64,000 nt of DNA from NCBI GenBank assembly GCA_965216685.1, contig OZ244195.1, positions 4,896,673-4,960,672 on the forward strand. Reading direction: 5' to 3'. The notes under the pieces were generated by a model. That model was not told the origin of the DNA. It worked only from the letters and a program-made list of their open reading frames with translations, and did not search any database. This DNA comes from Acidimicrobiales bacterium. GTDB lineage: Bacteria > Actinomycetota > Acidimicrobiia > Acidimicrobiales > SZUA-35. Shown here piece by piece: positions 8,769-17,577 of this stretch. The position numbers and the translations under genes are program-made. Every line of letters starts with the position of its first letter. Position 1 is the stretch's first letter.

Positions 8769-10561
8769 GGCGAGGTCCTGTCGGCCAGCAGCTCGACCGG
8801 GATGTCGACCAGGCGGGCCCTAACCCACTCCCCCAGGCTCTTGGCTTGGCCGTCGAGACGGGTTGATGCCGCCACTCCCTCCTCGAGGATCCCGTGGATC
8901 ACGAAGTTCAGCGACCAGATGTTGGGGAGAGGGTGGCGGTCGATGGCCAGTTCGGCTGTCTCCGGTAGCAGGTGGCGGAGACGATCCGTCGTCATCTCTC
9001 CGGCCAGCCAGCGGTAGCTCTCAGCCGAGCGGGCGAACAGCCCCAGGTTGGCGTTGCCTCCCTTGTCTCCCGACCGGGCTCCGATGATCGTGCCCAGCGG
9101 CACCCGATCGGTCGCACCGGTGAAGGGGGCCGGGGCGGCGTCATCGTGGTCACGCTGGTCGTCGACCGTGGCGGCAAGGGGCGACTCGGGCCCGACGGCC
9201 GACTCCACCACGGTGGTTGCCCCTCCGAGCACGGTGACCTGTTGGGGAACCAGGTCGGCCGGGATCAGGCCCGAGGTGTGGATCCCGAAGGGCTGGGCGA
9301 TCTGGGTGCCGGGCAGGCCGAAGAACCCGGGGATGGAAGCCAAGGCCATATTGTTGAGGGCGGACGCCACCGAACGCACCTTGTTTTCGTCGCCATCCTT
9401 GACGGTGGCCCGCCAGGCGGCGATGGCCTCGTTGTTGGACGCCGGGTCGGGCTTGTCGGTCCGATCAACGGAAATGGACACGGCGGCGAAGTCGTCGGGG
9501 CCGTAAGGCGTGGACCGCCACAGCACCGACTCGGCCAACTCGGCCTTGGCCTCGATGTCGAGCCCGACCAGCGCGACCCGAATATCGCTGCGGTACCCAC
9601 CCCAGCAATTCATCGAGACCTTGAGGGTGGTTGGCGGCGGATTGCCTCGGACACCGCTGATGGCCACCCGGTCGGGCCCGTCCGGGCGAAGCGAGATGGT
9701 GTCGAACCGGGCGGTGACGTCGGGCCCCAGGTAGTCCGGCCCTCCAATCTCGTACAGGAGCTGAGCGGTCACCGTTCCCACCGTCACTCCTCCCCCGGTC
9801 CCCGGATGTTTGCCGATGACGCTTGATCCATCTTCGGCGATGTCGGCGATGGGGAATCCCGGGTTGTCCATACCGTCAAGCTCGGTGAAGAACGAGTAGT
9901 TGCCCCCGGTGGCCTGGGTGCCGCACTCGATCACATGTCCGGCCACCACCGCTCCGGCCAGGCGATCCCAGTCGGTGGGTTGCCAGCGGTGATGCCAGGC
10001 CGCCGGGCCGCAGACGATGGCGGCGTCGGTGGTGCGGCCGGTGACCACGATGTCGGCTCCCTGGTTCAAGGCTTCGACGATGCCCCAACATCCGAGGTAG
10101 GCGTTGGCCGAGATGAAGTCGCCGGGCTCCCCGTCCGCCACCAGAGGTTCAGCGGTCTCGAAATCGACGACCGGTACACCGGCGGCTGCCAGGTCATCGA
10201 GGCGGTCGAGTAGATTGTCGCCGCTCACGTAGGCGACGGTGGGGTTCAGGCCCAGCTTCTCGCCAACCTCGGCCACCGCCTCGGCGCAACGGTCGGGGTC
10301 GAGGCCGCCGGCGTTCGACACCACCTTGATGCCTCGATCGAGACAGGTGCCCATGACCTGTTCCATCTGGGTAACGAAGGTCCGGGCAAACCCGGCCCCC
10401 GGTCGTTTGGCCCTCGTTCGGGCCAGGATCAACATCGTCAGCTCGGCCAGCCAGTCGCCGGTCAGAACGTCGATCGGCCCCCCGTTCACCATGCGAGCGG
10501 CGGCGTCGATCTGGTCGCCGTAGAAGCCCGAGCAGTTGGCGATGCGGATCGCATCATTCAC
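8765..10561 (-). CDS. atuA: Acyclic terpene utilisation AtuA-family protein (DUF1446), long form.
   Basis: IRIANCSGFYGDQIDAAARMVNGGPIDVLTGDWLAELTM, KVVSNAGGLDP, C-terminal GARSGDKGGNANLG. The GTG start at 10561 overlaps the stop of the carboxylase alpha gene (GTGAATGA). Confidence 0.8.
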   Translation of the reverse strand: MNDAIRIANCSGFYGDQIDAAARMVNGGPIDVLTGDWLAELTMLILARTRAKRPGAGFARTFVTQMEQVMGTCLDRGIKVVSNAGGLDPDRCAEAVAEVGEKLGLNPTVAYVSGDNLLDRLDDLAAAGVPVVDFETAEPLVADGEPGDFISANAYLGCWGIVEALNQGADIVVTGRTTDAAIVCGPAAWHHRWQPTDWDRLAGAVVAGHVIECGTQATGGNYSFFTELDGMDNPGFPIADIAEDGSSVIGKHPGTGGGVTVGTVTAQLLYEIGGPDYLGPDVTARFDTISLRPDGPDRVAISGVRGNPPPTTLKVSMNCWGGYRSDIRVALVGLDIEAKAELAESVLWRSTPYGPDDFAAVSISVDRTDKPDPASNNEAIAAWRATVKDGDENKVRSVASALNNMALASIPGFFGLPGTQIAQPFGIHTSGLIPADLVPQQVTVLGGATTVVESAVGPESPLAATVDDQRDHDDAAPAPFTGATDRVPLGTIIGARSGDKGGNANLGLFARSAESYRWLAGEMTTDRLRHLLPETAELAIDRHPLPNIWSLNFVIHGILEEGVAASTRLDGQAKSLGEWVRARLVDIPVELLADRTSP

Positions 10562-12545
10562 GAGACGTCTCACTGCTCTCGTCGCTACCGCCACTGTCGA
10601 CGACCGTGACCAGGGCCGCACCCCGCCCGACCTGCTGCCCTTCGGTCACCGTCACCGCGGTGACGGTGCCGGCAAACGGAGCGCCGACGTGGTGTTCCAT
10701 CTTCATGGCCTCCAGCACGACCAGTACCTGCCCGGCGACCACACTGTCGCCCACGGTGCAGCGAACCTCGACCACCGATCCCGGCATCGGGGCCGTCAGC
10801 CCGCCGGTCGGGGCCTCCGAGCCCGGAATGGTGAACCGGGGCACGAGATCGAGGCTGACGGTCGTTGTCGATGTCTGCACGTGCAGCCGGTCGGATCCGG
10901 CCGTGATCAGATGACGGCGTCTGACGCCGTCGACCAGCAGCTCGACGTGGTCGGCGTCGCAGGACACCACCCTGACGGTCTCTCCCGACTCCAGGGTGAA
11001 CACGCCCTGGCGGTCGGCCCGATAGGCCACAGTGATGGTGCCGGGCCCGGCATCGTCACCATCGACGCTCGGGTCCACGAACTCGATCCGTTCCGGCGGT
11101 AGTCCGGCGTTGCGCCAGTTCGACGGAGCGAAGCCCCACAAGTCGTCGGCTCGTCGGTTGTGGTGCTGTAGCCACAGGGCGGCGGCGACGGCGGCCGCGT
11201 GTATCTCCGTCGGGTCGATGGCGGCTGGGAGCTCAACCCGGTCGATGAAATCGGTTGTGGTGTCGCCCGCTCCGAACTCCGGGCTCGACAACAGCGAAAC
11301 CAGGTGGTCGCGGTTGGTGATGAGCCCACCGAGGTGCAGCCGTTGCAGGGCCAGCCGCAACCGGGCGGTCGACTCGGCCCGGTTGGGGCCGTGGGCGATG
11401 ACCTTGGCCAGCATGGGGTCGTAGTCGACGCCGACGATGAATCCGGCTTCGATGCCCGAGTCCCAGCGCACCGCCGGCTCATCGGGGGGCCGCCAGGCCT
11501 CCACTGTTCCGGTGGCAGGAAGAAAGCCGTTGGCCGCATCCTCGGCGTACAGGCGGACCTCGACAGCATGTCCGGTTGTCGACACGTCACCTTGGCCCAG
11601 ATCGAGCGGCGACCCGGCGGCGATACGCAACTGCTGGGCGACGAGATCGAGCCCGGTGACGGCTTCGGTCACCGGGTGTTCGACCTGAAGCCGAGTATTC
11701 ACCTCCAAGAAGAAGAACCGGCCGCTGTCATCGTCGAGCAGGAATTCGACCGTGCCGGCCGACTGGTAGCCGATCGAGCGGGCCAGAGCAACGGCGGCCG
11801 AGCCGATGGCCTCACGAAGACCAGGGTCGAGTCGGCTCGACGGCGCCTCCTCCACGATCTTCTGGTGCCGCCGCTGGATGGAACACTCCCGTTCCCCCAG
11901 ATGGATGAGGTTGCCGTGACTGTCGCCCAGAATCTGGATCTCGATGTGACGAGACCGACGCACGTAGCGTTCGAGGAAGACCCGGTCGTCGCCGAACGCT
12001 CCTGCCGCCTCTCGACGGGCGGCGGACACGGCATCATCCAGCTCGTCGGGCGATTCCACCAGTCGCATGCCCTTACCCCCGCCCCCGGCCGCTGCTTTGA
12101 CCAGGAGAGGGAAACCAACGGCGGCGGCGTGAGACACCTCCGTGCTGGAGGGCAAGGTCGGGACGCCGGCCGCCTCGGCCGCCTTCTTGGCCGCAATCTT
12201 GTCTCCCATGGCTTCGATAACAGCCGGGCTCGGACCGATCCAGGTCAGTCCAGCTTCGATGACGGCTTCGGCAAACGATGCGTTCTCGGCCAGAAACCCG
12301 TAGCCGGGATGAACGGCGTCGGCCCCGGTCCGACGGGCGGCCTCGATCACGGCGGCACCGTCGAGATAGCCGGTTTGGAGATGCACGGCCTGGTCGGCCT
12401 CGGCCACGAACGGCGCTCCGGCGTCGGGTTCTGTGAACACGGCCACGGTGGCCAGTCCCGTCTCGGTGGCGGTGGCGAAAATCCGGCGGGCGATCTCCCC
12501 CCGGTTGGCCACCAGCAGCGAACGTATTGGTCGGGTTGGGCTCAT
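10554..12545 (-). CDS. Biotin-dependent acyl-CoA carboxylase alpha subunit (biotin carboxylase + BCCP; AtuF/MccA-like).
   Basis: LLVANRGEIARRI, GGGGKGMR, EVNTRLQVEHPVTE, and the biotinyl-Lys motif LEAMKMEH near the C-terminus. Confidence 0.9.
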   Translation of the reverse strand: MSPTRPIRSLLVANRGEIARRIFATATETGLATVAVFTEPDAGAPFVAEADQAVHLQTGYLDGAAVIEAARRTGADAVHPGYGFLAENASFAEAVIEAGLTWIGPSPAVIEAMGDKIAAKKAAEAAGVPTLPSSTEVSHAAAVGFPLLVKAAAGGGGKGMRLVESPDELDDAVSAARREAAGAFGDDRVFLERYVRRSRHIEIQILGDSHGNLIHLGERECSIQRRHQKIVEEAPSSRLDPGLREAIGSAAVALARSIGYQSAGTVEFLLDDDSGRFFFLEVNTRLQVEHPVTEAVTGLDLVAQQLRIAAGSPLDLGQGDVSTTGHAVEVRLYAEDAANGFLPATGTVEAWRPPDEPAVRWDSGIEAGFIVGVDYDPMLAKVIAHGPNRAESTARLRLALQRLHLGGLITNRDHLVSLLSSPEFGAGDTTTDFIDRVELPAAIDPTEIHAAAVAAALWLQHHNRRADDLWGFAPSNWRNAGLPPERIEFVDPSVDGDDAGPGTITVAYRADRQGVFTLESGETVRVVSCDADHVELLVDGVRRRHLITAGSDRLHVQTSTTTVSLDLVPRFTIPGSEAPTGGLTAPMPGSVVEVRCTVGDSVVAGQVLVVLEAMKMEHHVGAPFAGTVTAVTVTEGQQVGRGAALVTVVDSGGSDESSETSRE

Positions 12546-14251
12546 AGCCGGTACACCCCGTAGGACTCGGCCCCTTCGACCGGTCGGTTGCCGACCACGC
12601 TGAGGCAGATTCCCAGCACGGTTCGGGTGTCACGAGGGTCGATGATCCCGTCGTCGCTGATGGCCCCGGTCGCTCGCAGAGCCAGCGAACCCCGCTCCTG
12701 CACCGCCTCGGCGTAGGCCACCAGTTCGGCGTCGGCCTCCTCGTCGAATTCGATCCCCTTGCGTCTGGCCTGGGCCCGCCGCACCTCCGACATGACCCCG
12801 GCGATCTGCTTGGGCCCCATGACGGCGATCTTGGCCGTGGGCCACAGGAAGGTGAAACGGTTGCCGAAGGCCCGACCGGACATCCCGTAGGTGCCGGCCC
12901 CGTAGGACGAGCCGAGGATGACGGTCAGGTGGGGCACGGTTGAGTTGGTGACGGCGTTGATCATCTGCGAGCCCTTCTTGATGATCCCGTCGGCTTCGTA
13001 GTCTTTGCCCACCATGTAGCCGGTGATGTTCTGGAGGAACACCAGGGGCAGGTCGATCTGGTTGCACAGCTGGATGAAGTGGGCCGCCTTCTGGGCGGAG
13101 TCGGGGTAGATCACCCCGTTGTTGCCGATGATGCCCACCGGGAAACCGTGGATCGAGGCCCAGCCGCAGACGATTGACGGTCCGAACCGGGGCTTGAAGT
13201 CGTCGAACCGTGACCCGTCGACCACTCGGGCGATCACGTCGCGCACATCAAGGGGGGCCCGCAGATCTCGGCTGACCAGCCCCAACAGCTCCTCCGGATC
13301 GTGAACCGGTGGTTCATCGGCCAGGCGGGGCCCCCGGTCGGGCTTGCGCCAGTTCAGATGCGACACCACCTGACGACACAGGCGGATGGCGTCCATCTCA
13401 TCTTCGGCCAGGTACTCGGCCAAGCCTGAGACCTCGGCGTGCTTTTCGGCGCCGCCGATTGTCTCGGCGTCGCTGATCTCACCGGTCGCCATCTTGACCA
13501 GAGGGGGCCCGGCCAGGAACACGTGTGACTGTTCCTTGATGAAGATGTTGTAGTCGGACAACCCGGGTTGGTAGGCCCCGCCGGCCGTGGAGTTGCCGAA
13601 GACCACGCACACGGTGGGTATGCGCAGCTTCGACAGCTCGATCATCTCGTAGAAGAAGCGACCGGTTTCGGCAAAGTGTTCGGGCACCACGGCACTGCCA
13701 ACGGCGGCCGAGGCGGCGTCGGTGCCGTCATCATTTGTGTTGCTGTCGCTTCCGCTGCCGTTACCTTCACCGTTCTTGCGGTCGATTCGAAGGTCACCGC
13801 CCGATGATTCGACCAAGCTGATGTAGGGGATGCGATTGTCCCGAGCGATTTCGAGGGCCCGCATCCACTTCTTGGATGCGTAGGGGGTGAGGGCGCCGGC
13901 CAGCACGGTTGGATCGTTGCCCATGATCACACACTCGGTGCCGGCCACAAGCCCGATGCCGGCCACCATGCCCCCGCCCAGGGCGTACTGGGAGCCGTAG
14001 CCGGCCAGGGGCGTGATCTCCAGGAAGGGTGAGTCGGCGTCGATCAGGTTGGCGATGCGTTCCCGGATGGGTAGGCGACCTCTGGATCGATGACGTTCGG
14101 TGGCCTTGTCTCCGCCGCCGCCGAGGGCCACGGCCAGCAGATCGTCGTGGGCCGCCAGCTGTTCCAGAACGTCGGCCCGGTTGCGGACGAAGGCGTCGGA
14201 GTCGGGATCGACGGTGGAGTTCAGCGGTGGAGCCAGAAGGGCACGATCCAT
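12542..14251 (-). CDS. Acyl-CoA carboxylase carboxyltransferase (beta) subunit (AtuC/MccB-like) with a low-complexity insertion.
   Basis: ORF trimmed to MDRALLAPP. Motifs: VAGTECVIMGNDPTV, AGALTPYASKKWMRALEIA, NSTAGGAY, GIIGNNGV, SYGAGTYGMSGRAF. Insertion is RIDRKNGEGNGSGSDSNTNDDGTDAASAAVGS. Confidence 0.9.
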   Translation of the reverse strand: MDRALLAPPLNSTVDPDSDAFVRNRADVLEQLAAHDDLLAVALGGGGDKATERHRSRGRLPIRERIANLIDADSPFLEITPLAGYGSQYALGGGMVAGIGLVAGTECVIMGNDPTVLAGALTPYASKKWMRALEIARDNRIPYISLVESSGGDLRIDRKNGEGNGSGSDSNTNDDGTDAASAAVGSAVVPEHFAETGRFFYEMIELSKLRIPTVCVVFGNSTAGGAYQPGLSDYNIFIKEQSHVFLAGPPLVKMATGEISDAETIGGAEKHAEVSGLAEYLAEDEMDAIRLCRQVVSHLNWRKPDRGPRLADEPPVHDPEELLGLVSRDLRAPLDVRDVIARVVDGSRFDDFKPRFGPSIVCGWASIHGFPVGIIGNNGVIYPDSAQKAAHFIQLCNQIDLPLVFLQNITGYMVGKDYEADGIIKKGSQMINAVTNSTVPHLTVILGSSYGAGTYGMSGRAFGNRFTFLWPTAKIAVMGPKQIAGVMSEVRRAQARRKGIEFDEEADAELVAYAEAVQERGSLALRATGAISDDGIIDPRDTRTVLGICLSVVGNRPVEGAESYGVYRL

Positions 14252-14310
14252 GAGCTGAACGGTAGAGCGGTAATATTCGTATGTCAAGATTACTCCAAAG
14301 ACTGCCCCCT

Positions 14311-14370
14311 CACTGAACTTTGGGACTGCTACGACCCCCAAACGGGTCGTACCAGTCCCAAAGTTCGGTG
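14311..14370. repeat. 60-nt nested inverted repeat in a divergent promoter / 5'UTR region.
   Basis: Outer arms are CACTGAACTTTGGGACTG and CAGTCCCAAAGTTCGGTG (18 bp with one T.G). They enclose the inner hairpin ACGACCC-ccaaac-GGGTCGT. Confidence 0.7.
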
Positions 14371-14391
14371 GATGGAGGCTAGTGTCGGCTC

Positions 14392-15195
14392 ATGAGCCAC
14401 GCTCCGGTCACAGCAGCCGACGTACGCCGCGACCTGCTGGCCGAGCAGGCCGACCTCGACGCCGTCGTGGCCGGGCTGGCTCCCGATCAGTGGACCCTGG
14501 CCACCCCCAGCCCCGGATGGTCGATCGCCGACCAGATCGGCCATCTGGCCTACTTCGATCGGGCCGCTGCTGCCGCCATCGTCGATGTCGAACGGTTCCG
14601 GGCCATGCGGGATGAGCTGATCGAATCCCTGACCGACCCCGACCAGGCCGACGAGGCAACACTGTCGGAGACCCGGGCCATGACACCGGCCGACCTGCTC
14701 CACCACTGGCGAATGGCCCGCCGAAAGCTGGCCGACGCCGCCGCCACCCTCAACGACGAGACCCGCATCGAGTGGTACGGACCGTCGATGGGTTCGAAAT
14801 CGTTTCTGACCGCCCGACTCATGGAGGCGTGGGCTCACGGTCATGACATCGCCGAGACCGTTGGAGCCGATGTCGAGCCGACCGACCGGCTCCATCACAT
14901 CGCTCAACTCGGCTACATCACCCGCAAGTGGACCTACCTCAATCGTGGCCTGGAGATGCCGCCCGGCGACGTCCGGGTTGAGCTGGTCAGCCCTTCGGGC
15001 GCCCAATGGGACTGGGGGCCGAAGGGGGCCGAAAGCACGGTCCGGGGAACGGCGCTCGACTTCTGCCTGGTCACCAGCCAGCGTCTCCACCTCGACGACA
15101 CCGATTTGGACGTGGTCGGTCACGCCGCCCGGGATTGGCTGGAGAAGGCCCAGCTGTTCGCCGGACCACCCAGCGATCCCCCACCGCCCCGCTGA
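14392..15195 (+). CDS. Maleylpyruvate-isomerase-family (DinB/MDMPI_N) mycothiol-dependent enzyme, TIGR03084-like.
   Basis: N-terminal DLLAEQADLDAVVAGLAPDQWTLATPSPGWSIADQIGHL. GGAGG lies 13 nt upstream of the ATG. Confidence 0.75.
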   Translation: MSHAPVTAADVRRDLLAEQADLDAVVAGLAPDQWTLATPSPGWSIADQIGHLAYFDRAAAAAIVDVERFRAMRDELIESLTDPDQADEATLSETRAMTPADLLHHWRMARRKLADAAATLNDETRIEWYGPSMGSKSFLTARLMEAWAHGHDIAETVGADVEPTDRLHHIAQLGYITRKWTYLNRGLEMPPGDVRVELVSPSGAQWDWGPKGAESTVRGTALDFCLVTSQRLHLDDTDLDVVGHAARDWLEKAQLFAGPPSDPPPPR

Positions 15196-15311
15196 CCGAA
15201 AGACCATGGTCTGGCTGTGGTATCGCCTGGGAATCCGATACCGGTCTCCTGGATCGGCATCGGAGTGAAATTGGGCTGCCCGGCGGCGTCAATCGGGCTA
15301 CGGTCGGGATC

Positions 15312-16274
15312 ATGTCCAACATCGATCTGCGGTCCATCACCGAGGCCGACCTCGACGACGTTCTGGCCTTGATCCACCGAGCCCAAGCCCATGACCGGAT
15401 CCCCGAGATTCTCAGCATGGAGGAACTGAAGGACGATCTGACAGGGGCCGAAGCCGAAATGGCCACCGACTCGCGGTTGGCTCTGATCGACGGTGATCTC
15501 GCCGGATACGTCCACACCATCTATCTTCCCAGCGACGTGAGGCTTGAACGCTGCTACGTCGTGGGCACGGTCGACCCCGACCACCGGGGCCGGCAGGTCG
15601 GGCGGACCCTGCTGGGCTGGGGTGTCGAACGAGCCCGCACCCAGCTGCTGTCCTCGGGGTCGGATCTGCCCAAATTCATCAGAGCCAGCGACTTCGACTT
15701 CGTCAAGGGATCTCACCGGTTGTTCGCCCGCCTCGGCTTCACCCCGGTGCGCTACTTCGACCAACTACTGCGCCCGTTGTCCGACCTACCGCCAATCGAG
15801 AAGGCCGAGATAGACGGCATCACCATCATCCCGTGGCCCCGGCAACGAGACGAGGAGCTCCGTGAGGTCAAGAACACGGCCTTCGCCGACCATTGGGGTT
15901 CGACCCCGAGCACATCCGAGCGCTGGAACCACATGATCGAAGCCTCCACCACCCGCCTCGATCTGTCGTGGGCGGCGGTCGACGAGTCCGATCGCATCGT
16001 CAGCTACTGCCTCAACGAGCGCTATCCGGCTGACGACGTCGTCACCGGTCGCCGCGACGGGTGGATCGGTAACATCGGCACGCTGAAGGAGTATCGCGGC
16101 CGGGGAATCGCCTCGGCCTTGATCGTGCGCTCCCTCCACGCCTTCGTGGCCGAAGGGCTGACCCACTCGATGCTCGGTGTCGACTCCGACAATCCGACCG
16201 GGGCGCCACAGATGTACCGGAACCTCGGCTATCAGCCCCACACCCGGACCGTCACCCACGAGATCCAGGCATAG
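15312..16274 (+). CDS. Tandem-GNAT acetyltransferase (mycothiol synthase MshD-like architecture).
   Basis: ORF 15006..16274 trimmed to MSNIDLRSI. Two GNAT cores are present (VDPDHRGRQVGRTLL and EYRGRGIASALI). About 320 aa. Confidence 0.7.
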   Translation: MSNIDLRSITEADLDDVLALIHRAQAHDRIPEILSMEELKDDLTGAEAEMATDSRLALIDGDLAGYVHTIYLPSDVRLERCYVVGTVDPDHRGRQVGRTLLGWGVERARTQLLSSGSDLPKFIRASDFDFVKGSHRLFARLGFTPVRYFDQLLRPLSDLPPIEKAEIDGITIIPWPRQRDEELREVKNTAFADHWGSTPSTSERWNHMIEASTTRLDLSWAAVDESDRIVSYCLNERYPADDVVTGRRDGWIGNIGTLKEYRGRGIASALIVRSLHAFVAEGLTHSMLGVDSDNPTGAPQMYRNLGYQPHTRTVTHEIQA

Positions 16275-16296
16275 CGTCAGGCCCTCGGTAGCCCCA

Positions 16297-16827
16297 TCAG
16301 CTTGATGCCATCGGATCGCGGTCGGTTGCCAGCATCTCCATCAACAGGCCATCAGCCCAGGACCCGTCGTCCCGGCGTTCGTAGGCTCGCATCACGCCGA
16401 CCGGGCGAAACCCCACCGCTGAGTAACACCCGATGGCTGCGCTGTTGTCGGCGGCGGGATCAATGGTCAACCGGTGGTGACCTCGCTGATCGAAGAGATG
16501 GTCGACCAGCGTACGGATGGCGTCGGAGCCGTAACCCCGGCGATGCATACCGGGAGCTATGTAGATGTCGATGGAAGCATGGCGGTAGTCGGGATCATCC
16601 TCCTCTCCGAACTGGATCAGCCCGACGATCCCCTCGTCGGCCTCGACCGTGAGCTGTTCGACTTCTTCATCGTGTAGGTCTTCGACGAACTCCGACTCGA
16701 GATCGTCACCCCTCCATCGGCTCCTCACCACGGCGGTCCGGCGGATGGCGATCAACGCCGGCCCGTCCTCGAGAATCGTGGATCGCAACCTCACCCGTTC
16801 GCCGACCAGACGGATCTCTTCAGCCAT
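16297..16827 (-). CDS. GNAT-family N-acetyltransferase.
   Basis: Trimmed to MAEEIRLVGE. Motifs: IYIAPGMHRRGYGSDAIRTLVDHLF and NSAAIGCYSAVGFRPVG. Confidence 0.8.
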   Translation of the reverse strand: MAEEIRLVGERVRLRSTILEDGPALIAIRRTAVVRSRWRGDDLESEFVEDLHDEEVEQLTVEADEGIVGLIQFGEEDDPDYRHASIDIYIAPGMHRRGYGSDAIRTLVDHLFDQRGHHRLTIDPAADNSAAIGCYSAVGFRPVGVMRAYERRDDGSWADGLLMEMLATDRDPMASS

Positions 16828-16917
16828 TCGTCCATTGTGGCTCACCGGTCCCGCGGTTGACCGCTGATTCCAACAGCACGGTTGGCCGATCCCGGTGGGC
16901 TAGGACACACTTGGGCG

Positions 16918-17568
16918 ATGCAATTCGACTTGAGTCAGACCGACGCCCTGCTGTCAACCACCCGAGCGGTCCGCAAGCGGCTGGATCTCGACCGTGATGT
17001 GCCCGACGACGTCCTGCTGGAATGCCTGGAGCTGGCGGTGCAGGCGCCCACCGGGTCCAACCGTCAGGGTTGGCGGTGGTTGATCATCCGTGACCCGGAA
17101 AAGAAGGAGGCGTTGGCCGATATCTACCGTCGTGGCGGTGCCGAATATCTGAACTCGGCCGCTCGGGAAGCTGATCCCGCCACCCAGACCGGCCGGGTCA
17201 TCGACTCGGCCAACTATCTGGCCGAGAACCTCGGGCGGGTCCCCGTTCTGGTCATCCCCCTTATCATCGGCCGACTCGAAGAACTGGGTGTCGAGGCCGC
17301 CGCCGGCTTCTACGGATCGATAATGCCCGCAGTGTGGAGCTTCCAGCTGGCGCTGCGCAGCCGTGGTCTGGGCAGTTGTCTTACCACCCTTCACCTCGGC
17401 TTGGAGCAGGAAGCGGCCGAACTGTTGGCCATCCCGGACCACATGACCCAGGCCGCCCTCCTCCCCGTGGCCTACACCAAAGGCACCGACTTCAAGCCGG
17501 CGGTGCGGCCACCGGTACAGGAGATCACCTATGTTGACAGCTACAAGAACCCGATCAACCCTCAGTAG
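16918..17568 (+). CDS. Nitroreductase-family protein.
   Basis: Trimmed to MQFDLSQT. Motifs: TTRAVRKRLDLDRDVPDDVLLECLELAVQAPTGSNRQGWRWL. Confidence 0.8.
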   Translation: MQFDLSQTDALLSTTRAVRKRLDLDRDVPDDVLLECLELAVQAPTGSNRQGWRWLIIRDPEKKEALADIYRRGGAEYLNSAAREADPATQTGRVIDSANYLAENLGRVPVLVIPLIIGRLEELGVEAAAGFYGSIMPAVWSFQLALRSRGLGSCLTTLHLGLEQEAAELLAIPDHMTQAALLPVAYTKGTDFKPAVRPPVQEITYVDSYKNPINPQ

Positions 17569-17577
17569 GAGACTGCG

